Of a DNA stretch of 64,000 nucleotides, positions 1 to 36,300 are shown piece by piece. Origin of the DNA: Salpingoeca rosetta (lineage: Eukaryota > Protista > Choanoflagellata); contig JAWQFM010000017.1 of NCBI GenBank assembly GCA_033442325.1, positions 741,639 through 805,638 on the forward strand. Direction: 5' to 3'. How positions within the stretch are numbered: the first letter of the stretch is position 1; the number at the start of each line of letters is the position of its first letter. Position numbers and translations under genes: made by a program. The notes below the pieces were generated by a model that did not search any database, was not told the origin of the DNA, and saw only the letters and a program-made list of their open reading frames with translations.

Positions 1-1721
1 GGACTCCCGTTGAAGTGGGGAAGGGGAACCCAGGACAGGTCCATGGGTCTCATAATCTGTGACATGTCGAACGCAAGACAAGCAGAGGAATGTGCGTGTG
101 TTTGTGTGGGTTTACTGTGTGATGTGGAAGACAGACGGGAACAAGGATGAATGAACACAAGTGAAGCACTCCCGCATTGTGGCAGAAACAACAAAGAGAT
201 TGGACGAAGAACAACACGCAAACATATGCAATACCGCACTTTGTGTGGAAGCAACACACAGCTTGAACGAAGAAAACGGAAGTGTCACAACCACAGCAGA
301 ACCGGTTGGATCGCAGAACTATTCATGCTGTCTCCAGCTTTCCGGACATAAGCAAACACATCCACATGCACATGACACGGACTCGTCTCTCCACAGAAAC
401 AGAGCAGAAGACAAGAATTGTCGACAACGCAAAGTGGTGACGTGGCGGTGTTTGTTGAGAGTTGTGTGGTTATGTGGTGTGTTATGCAAGAGCATGTAAC
501 ATCGAGCAACCACACAAGCTAAACACTGCACGTGCAACAGGTTGGAGGGAAATCACGTGAACATTCCAGAACACAAGAGAGGTGAATGCAAATTTGTGGT
601 GTCGTGAAGGAGGGAGGTCAATGATGACTCAGCAGACAAGACTTGCCTGTCAACAACATGCAGGTCCAAAATGTTTGGGGGAGGGGGAGGCGTGAATGCA
701 AACTGTGGTGTCGTGAAGTGCGACTGAAGAAGAGAGGTCAATCATATGTGACAGCAGATGTTGCTCGACTGTCTAAATCAGCTCAACGATCCTGAAGAAT
801 CTTGTTGCGCCCGCAACTTGAACGAAAGACATTATTTTTGATAGATTGACACATCAGGCAGCGATGTCACACTGACGGATGGCGGAGCGAGCTCGATTGT
901 TGTCTTTTTGCTTCCGCTTTGTTGACATCTTCTCATCGTAAGTTGTTTTGCTTTCACTGTTGATCGACAGGACGTATCCGCTATGTCCTATCATTGACCT
1001 TCCTTCTTCACGGCACCACAATCTGTGTACACGCCCTGTAAGCACTTGTCGACTCTGTCGACAGTGCTCTTCTGTCCCACTTCTTTACTACTCTTTTCAC
1101 GCGTCTTTCGTGACCGAGCCTTGCCGCATGTCTTTCACCACTTCTCCCACCTTGTCCCAAATTTCTTTGCTCCGCAGTGTTCCGTTGCCCTTAGCAGTAT
1201 CCTTTGCTCTTGGCTTGTTTGTTGTCACGCTACGTAGCAACCCCCTTTGTTTTGTTTTCGGTTTCCTCTGTCTAAAGCCCCTACGGCTTTTGCTCTCGTA
1301 CTCGTGTTTCTCCCTGCTAGTTCTCTGTGTGCACTCGCTCATGCCTTTTTTGTGCGAGTGTCACGTTCATCTTGTTCATTCTTTTGTTTTACTGTTTGAC
1401 CACTACATCGACCACAGTACACCGACACCACCCAAGAGCTTACACGCCCCGTCTCTCGTGTACCGGAATGTCCTCGTCATTTCCCTCCAACTGTTGACTA
1501 TTCATGCGATACAGACCACACAACTATTACTTGGGAGCAGATGGGCTCGTCTTCTGCCATCAATACACAAAACAGGCTTGAATCGGCTTGGCCGATGCCT
1601 GCGCATCTGCGGCGTCTTTGCATGGGCGACTTCCTCCGCAACGACCATGAGTTTGGAGGCCACAGGCGCAAGAACTTCTCAAGGGTAACCCTAAGATACC
1701 AGGGGTGAAAAGGTACGACTT

Positions 1722-2006
<285 letters not shown>

Positions 2007-2043
2007 ACGCCGGCATCAGGGGGCGGTACCCCCATCGCTGGTG

Positions 2044-8903
<6,860 letters not shown>

Positions 8904-9020
8904 CGTCACAGCTGGCTGGAGTCCTGTCACTACAATTTTTGCTGTCGCATCAAAGATCCCATATCGGGCTGCGCTGCTGCTGAATGGGTGGTTTGTTTCG
9001 GAGCACACACACAAGACAAG
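8904..9020. promoter_or_regulatory. Putative bidirectional promoter, FN3 gene / VPS16
   Basis: Only 117 bp between divergent start codons. Confidence 0.5.
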
Positions 9021-10597
9021 ATGGACGAGGAGCGGTGGAATGAGGTGTTGCGACCGCACACCACTGGCGAAGGCTGGCAGCCATGCGGTGACAGCTTCTA
9101 CAGGTGTAATAGGAAGAGAGAGATGCAGAGATGTGTGTTGGGTGTGTATGTGTGTGTGTTGTGTTGTGTTGCGTTTGTGTGTGTTTGTCGTGTGTGTGTT
9201 TGTCGTGTGTGTTGTGTGTGTGCTGTGTATGCTGTGTTTGTGGGGCGCTCGTGAGTCCTATGCGTATGTGCGCTTGTTGAACTCGTGTGCTATGGCTGTG
9301 TCTCACGCAATCATGTGTGTGTGTGTTTCGTTCTTGATAGGATGCACAAGGTGTACATGAACATGGGCTGGTACAACCCGGACGATGTCATGAAAAGCAT
9401 CAGCTTGGGCGATTACATTCACGCAGTGGCTCCATACGGCGGTCCTGTCGGTGCGTGTGCATGTGTGCGTGTAAACGTGTGTGCATATGTGTGTATGTGT
9501 ATGCGTGTGTGTGTGTGTGTGTGTGTTTGTGCGTGCGTGTACTTGTGAGCGCTGGTGTTTGCCTTTCTTTTTCCTTCCTGCATACTTGGTTGTATGCCAA
9601 GAAATCTCATCAATACACACACACACACACATGCATCCCGCGCTCATGTGCCCCGCGTTGCTATCGCTATCACGCCCTCCCAATAGCGCTAACGCTGGAC
9701 AGAACCAAGGTGACGGAGGTGCACGGCATGCACGAAGTCACCAACGTCAAGATCTTCTCCCCTGCTGGCTATCGAATGGGCACCATCAAGGTCAGTGCAG
9801 GTGCTCACAGAACCGGAGCCCGGTTCAGGTGTGACAATTAGACTCATCCCGCACCGGGACAACCGTCCGCAATCACCAGCGCTCACAACACATTGTGCAC
9901 GTATACGTACACGCGCATTCTTTTCTCCTCGCAGTGGACGGGTGACCGGAACATTGTGGGACTTGTCTGGGCCTCTGCCGAACACCTCATCATCGTGCAA
10001 GAGGACGGCGCTTGCCAGGTGTGTGCGTGTGTGTGCGTGTATGTGTGTGTGTGCGTGTATGTGTGTGTGTGTGCAGATACGCTCGCGCCACAAGACTCTT
10101 GGGTCTTGTTTCTTCATTTTGAGCCACATGTTCACATCATCCCCCCTCCCACTGCACCACCAACCTTACTCGCGCCAGGTCCACAACGTCACCGGCGGGT
10201 TCTTGCACGCCATTCCGCCGCGAGCCGTACGTGTATTCGAACGTGTGCACCAGTGGATGGTGTTGGTGCCGACCACGAACACCTTGTGTGCTGCTAGCGT
10301 CCCACACGTGTGCCACAAGTGCTCGCTCTCACACCACGCCCACACACCGCACACATACACACACACACCCACGCCCACACGCCCCCACACCGCGCGCGCG
10401 CATACACACACACACACACATACACACACTCTCTCTCTCTCATGCTTGCTCGCTCTTCTTTTCACAGGAGCTCCGTATCGGTGTGACGAAGGTGATTGGT
10501 AGCCAGGACGGGCGCTACATTGTCCTCATGACCCGCGACTCACGGTCCGCACACCAATTGGGGTTCTTGTCGTCGCTGCTGCCATCGTTATGTCTGG

Positions 10598-10689
<92 letters not shown>

Positions 10690-12757
10690 CATGGCGGTGG
10701 TGGGGATGCGTGATTGAAGGAGTTGTCGTCCGAGCGTTAATTGTGCTGTGGTGCGTTGTTCTGTATCGTCGCTCCTGAACGACATCTCGTTCGTGCAACG
10801 CAACCCAACCACCCATTCTCACCATCACCACCACCATGATCACTACGATCAGAAACTGCCGATTGGCACAGCGGTGAAGGCAACGCACATGGCGGTGTCG
10901 TGGGACGAGGAGAAGGTTGCCGTGTTCCACGAGGGCATGATTCGCGTGTATGCAAAGAACTTCACCGACCTCAAGTACGAGCTGGACACGGACACCAACG
11001 TCGAGCCCACGTCCATTGTGTGGTGCGGCTCACACTCCGTCGTCGCCTATTGGGACGAGGAGAAGGTGAGCACATGATTTGAAAAGGGAGGGGGCGTGGA
11101 GGTGAAAGCAGGACACTGCTGCTCAGCACTCGCTGCGTCGCTGCTACCATTGCTGCTGCTGCTGCTGTTGCTGTTGTTGCTTGAAATTGACAAGAAATGG
11201 GTTTCAACAGTGCTCTGGCAGTATCCCTTTCGTGCTCACGCCCCACAACAACACTGAATGTCTCTTACTGAACGTCTCACACCACCTCCATCACGGGCTG
11301 TTGTCAGATGCCGTCCGGGATGCTGCTGGTTGTGCCCGGCTCGCGGCACCAGACAACGTTCAGCTACGTCAATCGCGTCATCCTCTGCCCGGAGATGGAC
11401 GGCCTCCGCGTCATCTCAGACGTGCGGTGACGGATGAAGGGCGGCGGTGCTGCTGGCCGCGCTGGTTGCATGTTGTGTCATCCGCGTGCATTTACACCTC
11501 AGCACATACACACACATGCACACACGTAAATGCAAACACACACATACACACATGCAAACACACACATACATACACATACAAACAATACAAACACACAGCA
11601 CACACAGCACACACACACATACACATACAAACAACACAAACACACAGCACACACATACGCACGTACCCACCGCGCCACCTCCCTCCCCTGAACGTGTGTG
11701 CAGGAGGAGCACGAGTTCCTGCAGCCGGTCCCGGACGAGATGTGGAGCACTTTCCTCGCTGGCGACACCGGCGAGAGCAAACTCTACCAGGCCCGCGTGG
11801 TGCGTTGCTGTCGTGACACGCAGGGAGGGGTTGCTGTCGTGTGCCCGTGTCCTGGTGGCATGTGTGTTGGTGGCATTTTAACCGTGTCTTCTGCTGCTGT
11901 TGCCGCTGCACCTTGTATGGCGTCTGGGTTGTGCGTGAACCGTGTGCTTGCGCTTGGGCTGTGCCTGCACGTCCCTCTCACCGCACTGCCTGCTACCACG
12001 ACACTGCAACTGTGCAGTTTTACGAGGACCGCAGCCCGCTAGCTGACGAGCTCCTCCGATCCGTCAAGGTGAGACGTGTGGCCGGTTTTTGAGGCATTGA
12101 GGCAGGGCAATTCGCAAGCGAGCGCGCTACTCCTGTTCAACACGACGTAATGCCATGTGTCGCGTTGACATTCCACCTGTGCCCACAGCGCCGTTGCTCA
12201 CCACTCACCACCACCCACCCCAATCGCCGTGGACAGGATGCGGGCCCCGATGCGATGGTGCAGGCGGTGCAGAGCCTGATGGTCGCGGCCGAGCACGAGT
12301 GGGACCCCAGGCTCATCAGGTGACGCAGCCTGTGTGTGGACGCGGGGAGGGGCGCGAGGTGAATGGAGACACTTTGTGGTGGTGAAGAGGCAGAGCGTGG
12401 CGGTGGCGGTGGCGTGTGTGCTCATGAGGGCTGAAATATTCATTTTGGGCACTTCTTAATGCGTCTGTGTGTGTGTGTGTGCGTATGTGTGTCTGCCTCT
12501 CTCTTTCTCTCCCTGGCTCTCTCTATGGCTCTCCCTGTCTCTCTCTTTCTGTCTGTCTCCTTGTCTCGCCCACCTATACGTACACACATGCACACACATA
12601 CGCACACGTTCTCTATGTGCTTCCGGCTCACTTCTTCCACTCCATTTGCACGCGTGTGTGCAGGTACCTGCTGAAGGCTGCGCGGTTTGGAATGGACTTT
12701 GAAGAGCTCGTGGACACGTCCCCGTTTGTCGACAGCAGACACGACACGCACACGTGA
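9021..12757 (+). CDS. VPS16: Vps16 (HOPS/CORVET subunit), N-terminal part only; truncated in this sequence
   Basis: Exons encode WQPCGDSFYR..VYMNMGW, LGDYIHAVAPYGGPV, KIFSPAG, IVGLVWASAEHLIIVQEDG, HMAVSWDEEKVAV, PTSIVWCGSHSVVAYW, VILCPEMDGLRVIS, HEFLQPVP, SPLADELLRSVK, AAEHEWDP and YLLKAARFG, which match the Vps16 N-terminal and middle regions. Similarity ends after FVD at ~12733. Confidence 0.88.
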
Positions 12758-12865
12758 TCACACACAAGCGGATCTGAGTGAGCAAAGTCCAACTCGAGAA
12801 TGCAACGTGCATGCACCCACGTGAACAGGCAGACAAGACAGACAGACAGACCAGACAGACAGACA

Positions 12866-12914
<49 letters not shown>

Positions 12915-12915
12915 G

Positions 12916-12990
<75 letters not shown>

Positions 12991-12999
12991 TGTGCGCAC

Positions 13000-13128
13000 C
13001 TGGAGCCAGAGAAAGAGCTCGGGCGCCCTGTAGTCGCGGCACTGCATGTAGGCCTGCATGTACGGGAAGCGGCCTCGGTCCCGCTTGGCGTAGCCAAAGT
13101 CAATGATCTTCACCGTCTGCACACAGTG

Positions 13129-13177
<49 letters not shown>

Positions 13178-14145
13178 AGCGACAACATGGATGGCAAGCC
13201 AAGGCATGCACGAGACAGGGAGCAACGTGACATGATGTGACGCACATCGACGTCGATGAGGACGTTATTGGGCTTGAGGTCTCGATGCGTCAGGCCTGGC
13301 AAGAGCATATGCACAACCGTGAGCTCCACCCACACAAGCACAGTGATTCAGATGCACACACACGCACACACACACGCACACACACACATGCACACACACA
13401 CACACACACACATGCACTCACTCACGCACGCACACACGCACACACCTGCGCTGTGGATGTACTTGACTCCGCGAAGAATGCTGTACGCAATCATCTGGAC
13501 GTCCATCGGGTCCAGGTCGCCGAGCATGACCTGGTCGAGCGTGTTGCCGCAGTACTCAGTGACGATGTAGTAGTCCAAGAGGCTGTCATCCCCAGGTAGC
13601 AGGAAGAAGTCGCGCAGGGCAACGATGTTGTCGTGCTCCCGAAGATGCCGCAGGATGAGCAGCTCGCGGTACGCGCGCAGCGCCTCGTCAGCGTCATGGA
13701 AGCGTCGCAGCTTCTTGATGGCCACCTGCTGGGAGTGGCCCTCAAACTGGTAATCATCAACAGGCGTTGGCGGCCGTGTGAGGTCGCGCGAGAACACCAC
13801 CTTGGCAAACGCGCCCAGCGCAACGTTGCCGTTTGGTGGCGCGTACTTGTTGGGCAAGTGGAAGCCCATGTTGAACCGCAGCAGCGTGTAGACGGTGGAG
13901 TCTGTCTCTGGCACGCGCTTTGCCACGGACACGAAGGGGTTTGGTCGATCGGACTCACCGGCCTCCTCACTGTCGCAGGAGCGCATGTGGCTCATTCCCC
14001 TCATGATCTGCTGCATCTCCTGATCCATCACATCCTCCTCCGCCACCAGCTGGCCATCGTCACCACCACCACCTTGCACTACAGCAGCTGGAGGTGCTGC
14101 GGGTGCTGTGGTTGTTTTCTCTTCCGTGGACTCGTCGTCGGCCAT
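13000..14145 (-). CDS. MAP kinase-family (p38/JNK-like) kinase with atypical activation loop; subdomains IX-XI absent
   Basis: Three exons give VAIKKL, ALRAYRELLILRHLREHDNIVALRDFF, YSILRGVKYIHSA|GLTHRDLKPNNVLID and VKIIDFGYAK...MQAYMQCRDYRAPE. After the donor at ~12999 no further kinase exon is found. Confidence 0.85.
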
Positions 14146-14472
14146 CGCGCCGCTCTCACGTCTTTGGGCGTTCAGGTGTGTGGATGTGTGTATGTATGTA
14201 TGTGTGTATGTATGTATGTATGTATGTGTGTGTGAGGGGATCGTGCTCAGGAGGGGGAGAACAAGGGTGTGTTTGTGTCTGTGTTCTGTGTGGAGTGTGT
14301 ATCAGTGCAGCAGTGCGTGGCGGCTTGCTGTTTGTCGTCGTCGTTGTGCGGAAAATCATTCGCATACGACAGCGCAGACAGACGACGGACCGACGAGGCA
14401 AGCGAGGTCAAGTGAGACAACGGAACACAGACAGCAGCATCAGGCACGCAGAGGCACAACCAACCGGCAAGG

Positions 14473-16662
<2,190 letters not shown>

Positions 16663-17120
16663 TGGCTGCTGTGCGACAGCTACCACGGAGCAATGTGTGT
16701 GGAAGGAAACAACAGTGCGCCACAACGCTTGTTTGATGCTACGTTGACGGCACCTTGTACACATGGTGGATGTGTGGATGTGGACATAGACACTTGCTGG
16801 TTCGAGGCGTGTGCTCTCGTTTTGTTACACGGCATTACATCTCGACAGCACGTTCATGGCGCGCGTTTTATGAGCTTTTGCGAGTGCTGCCACGTGCACA
16901 ACAGCCAAAGATGAGTGAAAGAGGGGGATAAAGGGCACAGTGCACAACACTCTTTGTCTGACTTGAGATATCACACACACACTCACTCACTCACACGTGA
17001 GGCGAGCAAGTTCATGAACACAGCAACACACAAACCAGGAGTCACGCGTCCCCTTCTCGCCCTGCCTTTCTTCTTCTTGCTTGCATCCTCCATCTCTCAT
17101 CCTTCTCTTTCGGGAGCGGC

Positions 17121-23125
<6,005 letters not shown>

Positions 23126-23412
23126 GTTTGCTGAGCTGTTGTTCTTGTTGTGCGGCAGGTGTCTGTTGTCGAGTGGGCGTCTTGTTGTGGGCGTCTCGTT
23201 GTGGGCAGCAAAACAACAGCATGAAGTGTGCGAAGACTGAATTCAGTCGTGTAGACACTTGTATTGGGCGGAAGAGGACAGCAGCGTGCGCGTGGGTCAT
23301 CAGCAGTAACACAAAAGGCAACAACGCTGCGCGGTGACGTGCTGGAGGTTAACACTCTTCACCATTCAGTTACGACGGTGCACAGACAGGGCCAAACAGG
23401 CGATCAGCAACA

Positions 23413-26102
<2,690 letters not shown>

Positions 26103-26113
26103 AATCCACAATT

Positions 26114-26171
<58 letters not shown>

Positions 26172-26666
26172 TCTCTCTGTCTCTCTCTGATTCAAGCACA
26201 AATACATGTGAATGTGCATGAACTTCCTACATCCACGCACGAGTACCCACGCACGCTTTGGGCACTCCCTCCTTTAAATGGCTCCAATTTCGTTTTGCTT
26301 GTGTATTGCGACTGTCGTTGACAATGCCGATTACTGATCTGTGGCGTGTTTCGTACACAGCACCAGGAGCGTGCGTTCTGTTGCATCCCATGATGGCAAC
26401 GATAAATAAACTGAAACCCCCATCCAGTGCTTGCCGTTTTGCGTGCACCTAGCAGCGCAAACACACGCATGAACGTGATGGCATGCCATCGACGCCTACA
26501 CTACAACATAAGCCTACAAACGAGTACAAATACGGCCCGAGCACAACACACACACACACACCAACACACACACACACACACACACCAACACACAACAGAG
26601 CCAGTGGAACAACGCAACGTTCGTTGAACCCAATCAGAACTAGGACCCACCACTGTTGCCGTCATG

Positions 26667-31117
<4,451 letters not shown>

Positions 31118-32135
31118 CCTCTATGCTCTGCATGCAGCCACAGAACACCTCTCTGCGTCCGTATCAGGACGTGAGCGGTTGCAACGCTGAGGTGCGGCGT
31201 GGGCCGGTTGACTTGGCTTGGGTGGGCTTGGGCAGAGGAGGCGAAAAAGCGTCCAAGTAAAACACAGTTGGGTACACGGGGGAGGGACGAAACCTCAAGG
31301 CCAGCGAGGGTGCTGCTGCACGCAGGCAGCCAACAACAGCTGTGACAGGAGATAATGGGCGGGCAGCCCCAGTGGTATGCAACAAGATGCGTTTTGTGAG
31401 AGGGGTGGGGAGACAGGGGGGGGGGGAGTAGCAGCGGAAGGGGCTTCAACGGTCACAAACAAGCACCCAGCCCCAGCTCACTCAGAGAGCACTGAAAAAA
31501 GCAGCACCAACAACAACACTAAAAAATATGTAGCACAGCAGGAACAACGCGCTCGAACGCACACGCGAAGTCAACAACGGAGAGGAAGAGAAATCGAGCA
31601 GGTGGAAGCGACTGGACAAAGGGCAACCTTCTCCCATGTGTGTGTTGCCCAGCATTCCCCGCACCAAGCAAGCGAGCGAGCAAGACACTGGAGGAGAGGA
31701 GGAGAGGCAAGGAGGGTGTTCAGATGCCGAACAGTTCTGATGGCGGCACACGCGCGGTTGTTGGCACAGGAAGAGGCGGCGACGTGGCAGCCAGTCAAGT
31801 AAACAAGCAAGGACGAGTGGTGGAGCAAAAAAACAACAACTGTAATTCGACACTTGCTTTCGTTGCGGACGCTTGGACACACGCAGCCAATACGAGCAAG
31901 TGGGCTGGGGAAGGGGGAGGTTGGGCGTCGTGCCTTCGTGCCTGCTGACTACAGGCAGTCTCGCTGGTGTTGTGCTCCTGTGCTCCAGTGGATATCCAAT
32001 CGCGGTGCTGTGAACAACTAAGGGAGGGAGAGGCCCAACAGACTGCTTGCTTGATGGCTCTTTTGGAGTCGTGTCGCTGTGTGAGTGCCCTGTTGTTGTG
32101 TCTGCGGACGGTGCCTTGTTGCTTTTGTGGCGGTG

Positions 32136-32172
<37 letters not shown>

Positions 32173-32728
32173 TCTCTTTGTTGCTCATGGCAAGCACGAC
32201 GACTTTTTTGTGTTCGTGTGCAGAGCACTTGGGAGGGAAGCGGGGCTGAGAAAACCAGTGGACAGCACACATAATACCCGCATCCGACCGTCCTAAACTC
32301 GACGAGCATTCGACGATGATTCCCAACGGTTTTCCTCTACGCCCATGCCATTTGGCGCTCGTTTTCGCCTTTGTTTGCAGTGATCGTGGGCGATTCGCAC
32401 TTGCGAACAAAGAGATTCGAGTCGCTTGCGGGGCAATCTTGCGGGACACGCGGACATTCTGTCGCCCACAACACCACAAAAAAGGGGTGTTATGTTAAGT
32501 CGGGTGCAGGTTGCTGGAGTGGCGTTGCGAGATGGCTCGGTTGTGGCAGCTTGCTCGCTTTGCTTTGCTCTGCTTCGCTTTGTTGTGCTTCGTGTTGGTG
32601 TTCATGGATTGCGTCGTGGGCCATGGGACATCCTGCGCAACGTGAGCAATCTAGACACATTGCACGCGATGGCCAACACCGCCTCGGATGTGCGCGGGCG
32701 TGTGGGTGCGTGTACGATGAACAGTCTG

Positions 32729-32787
<59 letters not shown>

Positions 32788-33357
32788 AAGAGAGGGTGAG
32801 AGTGAGCCGAGAGGGTGAGACGAGAGAGTGAGATGGAGCAAGGCAACAGCCACAGCCACCACCACCGGAGAGAAGGGAAGATGCGAGCGTGTGGAGCAGA
32901 GAAGCAAGCAGACAAAAGCGCAACGAAAGGAGCAAGCGATTAAGTGTGATTGTTGATGGCATTCGCTCCCTTGGGCAGTTCATTGGGTCGTGTACGTTGT
33001 TGATCGTTCTCACTCATGACACAAGCGAGCAGACGAAGCACAAGGCGAAGGCGAACAGAGGAACAGGCGTGGGGACGCGGAGAGGGTAACGAAGTGACAA
33101 TTAAGAACAAGTGTCAATGATGGCGCAAGCAAGGGTGGGGGGGTTGTCCCACACACACGCACACACACACAAAAAAAAAAACAAAAAACAAAAAACTGAG
33201 AGATGCACACTGAAGGGTGTGAGACCGTCCTACACAGGGATGGGCGTGCGTGCACACAGACGCACGCACAAAAAGCGGCGCAGGCGCTCATGACACACAC
33301 GCGCACACACACACACACAATGCATACGTACGCACACACACACACACACACATATCA

Positions 33358-36300
33358 CTAGACGCAAGAATCGAGGGCACTGGAGTCGGTCAGTTCAAGT
33401 GTCGGGCGACGCTGCTCGTCTGCCTCATCTTGTTCTTGTAACTCAGCCGCCGTCTTCTCGGTGACTTGCGCATGCTGTCCCCCTTCTTGGTCAAGAGACC
33501 CGTGGACTAGCGAGGCCGCTGCACGCCTCGCCTCGGTCCTCACGCCAAGGCTGCCCAGCCGGGCCCCAGCGTAATGGCCCCCACTCGCCTCACCATCAGC
33601 ATCAGCATCAGCATCGGCATCGTGACGACCCACATGCATGCTCGTTTTGGCGTGCGGCTTGGGCGCGCGCGTGACGCTGGCAGATGCCGCGCGCGACCGC
33701 TGCGTCTCAGACAGCATCTGCGCCAAGATGCGCCCGCACAGCTGCAGTCGCTGCGCCGTGTCCTGCCCAGAGAGCGAGGGAAAGCTGGACGCAGACCACA
33801 GGCCCGAGAAGCCAAGCTTGTCAAGCGCCACCACCTGCTCTTGCTGCGGCCGCAGCGTCGCCTCCACCAGGTGCCGAATCAGCCGGTGGCAGTTGCGCAC
33901 CATCTCCGCGTCCTGCGCCCGGCGAAGCGTGCGCTGCACCATCTCCAGCAGCTCCTCCTCCACCAGCGCAAACGGTGCCGGTCGCAGCTCCGCAAACTCA
34001 GCCAAAAACTCAAGCAGAAACGCCTGCTCCCGCAGCTGGTGTGCGCTCTGGCCAAGCTTGGCGCACATCATCACCAGCATCAGCGCAGCAGCGTCGTCCC
34101 GCGCCGCAGAAATGATGTGGCGGTACTTGAACTCCCCAAACGGGTTCACAAACGACTCCTGCACATTCTCGTCAATGGGCAAGAGCGCGCACACGTACCC
34201 AAGCATCGCCTCAGAGACCTGTGCAGGTTCCTCGTTCCCGTCACTGCTGCTGGCGTCATCGTCATCACCAGTGTCGCCGCCTCTCGCAGTACCGCCGTCG
34301 CCGCCATCTGCGCGCGACTTCCGTGGAATCACGGCCACCTCCGCCGAGGCAAACCCAGCCGGCAACCGCTCAGAGCTCTCCGAGATGCGGTGGCGCGCGT
34401 CTCGTCCGAGTAGCTCCACCTCCTCATCGTCGTCTTCATCATCAGAGGCGTTGCCAGCCGTGTGCGTGGCACGTGCGGGCTTGGGGGCGTCGTGCTCAGC
34501 CGCTGCTTCCTCGTGCATCTCGAGCAAGGCAGAGGCAGCGCGAGCGTCGCCAAACCCGCTCGCCTGGCTCCCGCCCTGCTGCTGACTGCGCTTTGGCTTT
34601 CTCGGCTGCGAGCGTGAGAAGCGCCGCATCGACAGCTGCGGCCGTGGGGCCACGTCAAAGCTCGGGCGGGTACGGAACGGCTGGTACGGCACGCCGAGGC
34701 TCCTGGCGGTGGACACGGAGCCCACGCTCGGGGACGGTGGGCGGTGCGCTTCGGCAGCAGCCAGCGCGGCGTTCTGCGCCGTGGTGAAGAACACGGCAAG
34801 CAGGCGGCGCGCGCGCAGGATGGTCACGGGGTTGGGGTGGTCAAACGCCCGCAGCAGCGTCGCACTCATGGCAAAGCTGAAGTTGCCCGTGAACGACAGC
34901 CCGCATAGCTGCTCCAGCTGGTCAAACAGCGCGCGTGCCTGCGTGCGCGCAGCCAGCACAACATCCGCCACGGGGCGCGAGGCAAACACGCCGTGGTCCT
35001 CCATCGTGTTCACCGTGGTCTCCAGCACAGACAGCGCAGAGCTGTACAGCGGCTGAATGCCCACTTGCAGGATGGCCAGGGACACCCAGAACATGAGCAT
35101 GTGGTAGTCAAAGTCGCCCTCCTCCACCAGCGCCAGCAGCCGCGCCAGGCACGCAAGGATGGCGTCCGCGAGCTCCACATCCTCCTGCGACAGCGCGGTG
35201 CCGAGCGCCCCCAGCACCAGCGCCATCAGGTCGGCCGACGTGGTGGGCGTGATCACGCCAAGCGCAACAAACGCCCGTGGCCGCAGCACCGTGTTGCTCT
35301 GGTCCCGCGCCACCTCAAGCAGCAGCTGCAGCCACCGCCGCCGCCACGCTTGCGCGTGCTCCTCCACCTCGCACACAATGTCGTGCAGCACATCCACCAC
35401 GCTCTGCACAGACACCAACCCGACGCGCGGCTCCCGGGAAGCAGACCTGACCGCCACCGCCGCCGCAGTGGCAGTCACGGACGACGGAGCAGTGGCCGCA
35501 CTGGTTGGTGCGCCTGTTGTTGTTGTTGTTGTTGTTGTTGATGATGATGATGCAGGTGCACCCAGCGCAACGCTTGAGCTGGCACTCGCGCTGTGCACGT
35601 GATGATGTGCACGTGGCGAGCGCGGGGAGCCGCCACCGGCAGACGCGAGCGGGTTGTTGAACATGCCCGCACCGCCGCTGCTGCTCGATGGTGCCCCTTG
35701 CTGTGCTGCTGCTGCTGCGCTTGAACCTGGCGCAGGCACGGGCGAGGAAGGCGACGTTGCGCGGCTGCCACTGCCCATACCGGGCGATGGCAGGTTGAGG
35801 TAGCGGACATTGCTGCTGCCGCTGCCTGCAGACACGTTGCTACCACTGTTGTTGCTGTTGTTGCTGTTGTTTGCTGTGGCCATACGACCGCCACCAGCAC
35901 CACCGCTGTTGTTACCCATGGTGGCGTGGGTTACACCGTGGCTGCTGGGCCCGGTGGCGCTGCCGCTGCCGCTGTTGGTGTGGTTGTGGGTGTGGTTGTT
36001 GCCGGCGCCACCGCTGATTCCGCTGGCGTTGGCCGGGTTCGGGCGGCGGCTGGCGCCGGGTGCACTGCTGTCAGACGACGGCAGGCCGCTGTTGACGAGG
36101 TCGCACAGCGGCTGCTTGCTGGACACGCCAAACTGCAGCAGCAGCTTTGGCAGCGCCATGTTCTCCAGCTGAATGCGCAGCGCCTTCATGCGCTCCTCCT
36201 CCAGCTGCAGGCTCGTGCACATGCTCTGCGTCACGTTGGTGACAATGGCGTGCATGACCGCGCGCGTGCTGGGCGGGCCAACCGCCACCATCATCGTCAC

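Noticed and set aside
12-30. Purine run gaagtggggaagggg as a retroelement polypurine tract
   Set aside because: Not followed by a TG-starting LTR, and no second LTR or pol sequence was seen.
1686-1694. taaccctaa, telomere-like
   Set aside because: Only 1.5 units; expected by chance.
13000-14145. Calling the kinase NLK to extend the 17q11.2 synteny
   Set aside because: The loop is QAY, not TQE, and orthology cannot be shown from this sequence.
32426-32818. 130-aa plus-strand ORF upstream of the HMG gene
   Set aside because: No motif, no clear splice partners, and it runs into (GT)n.
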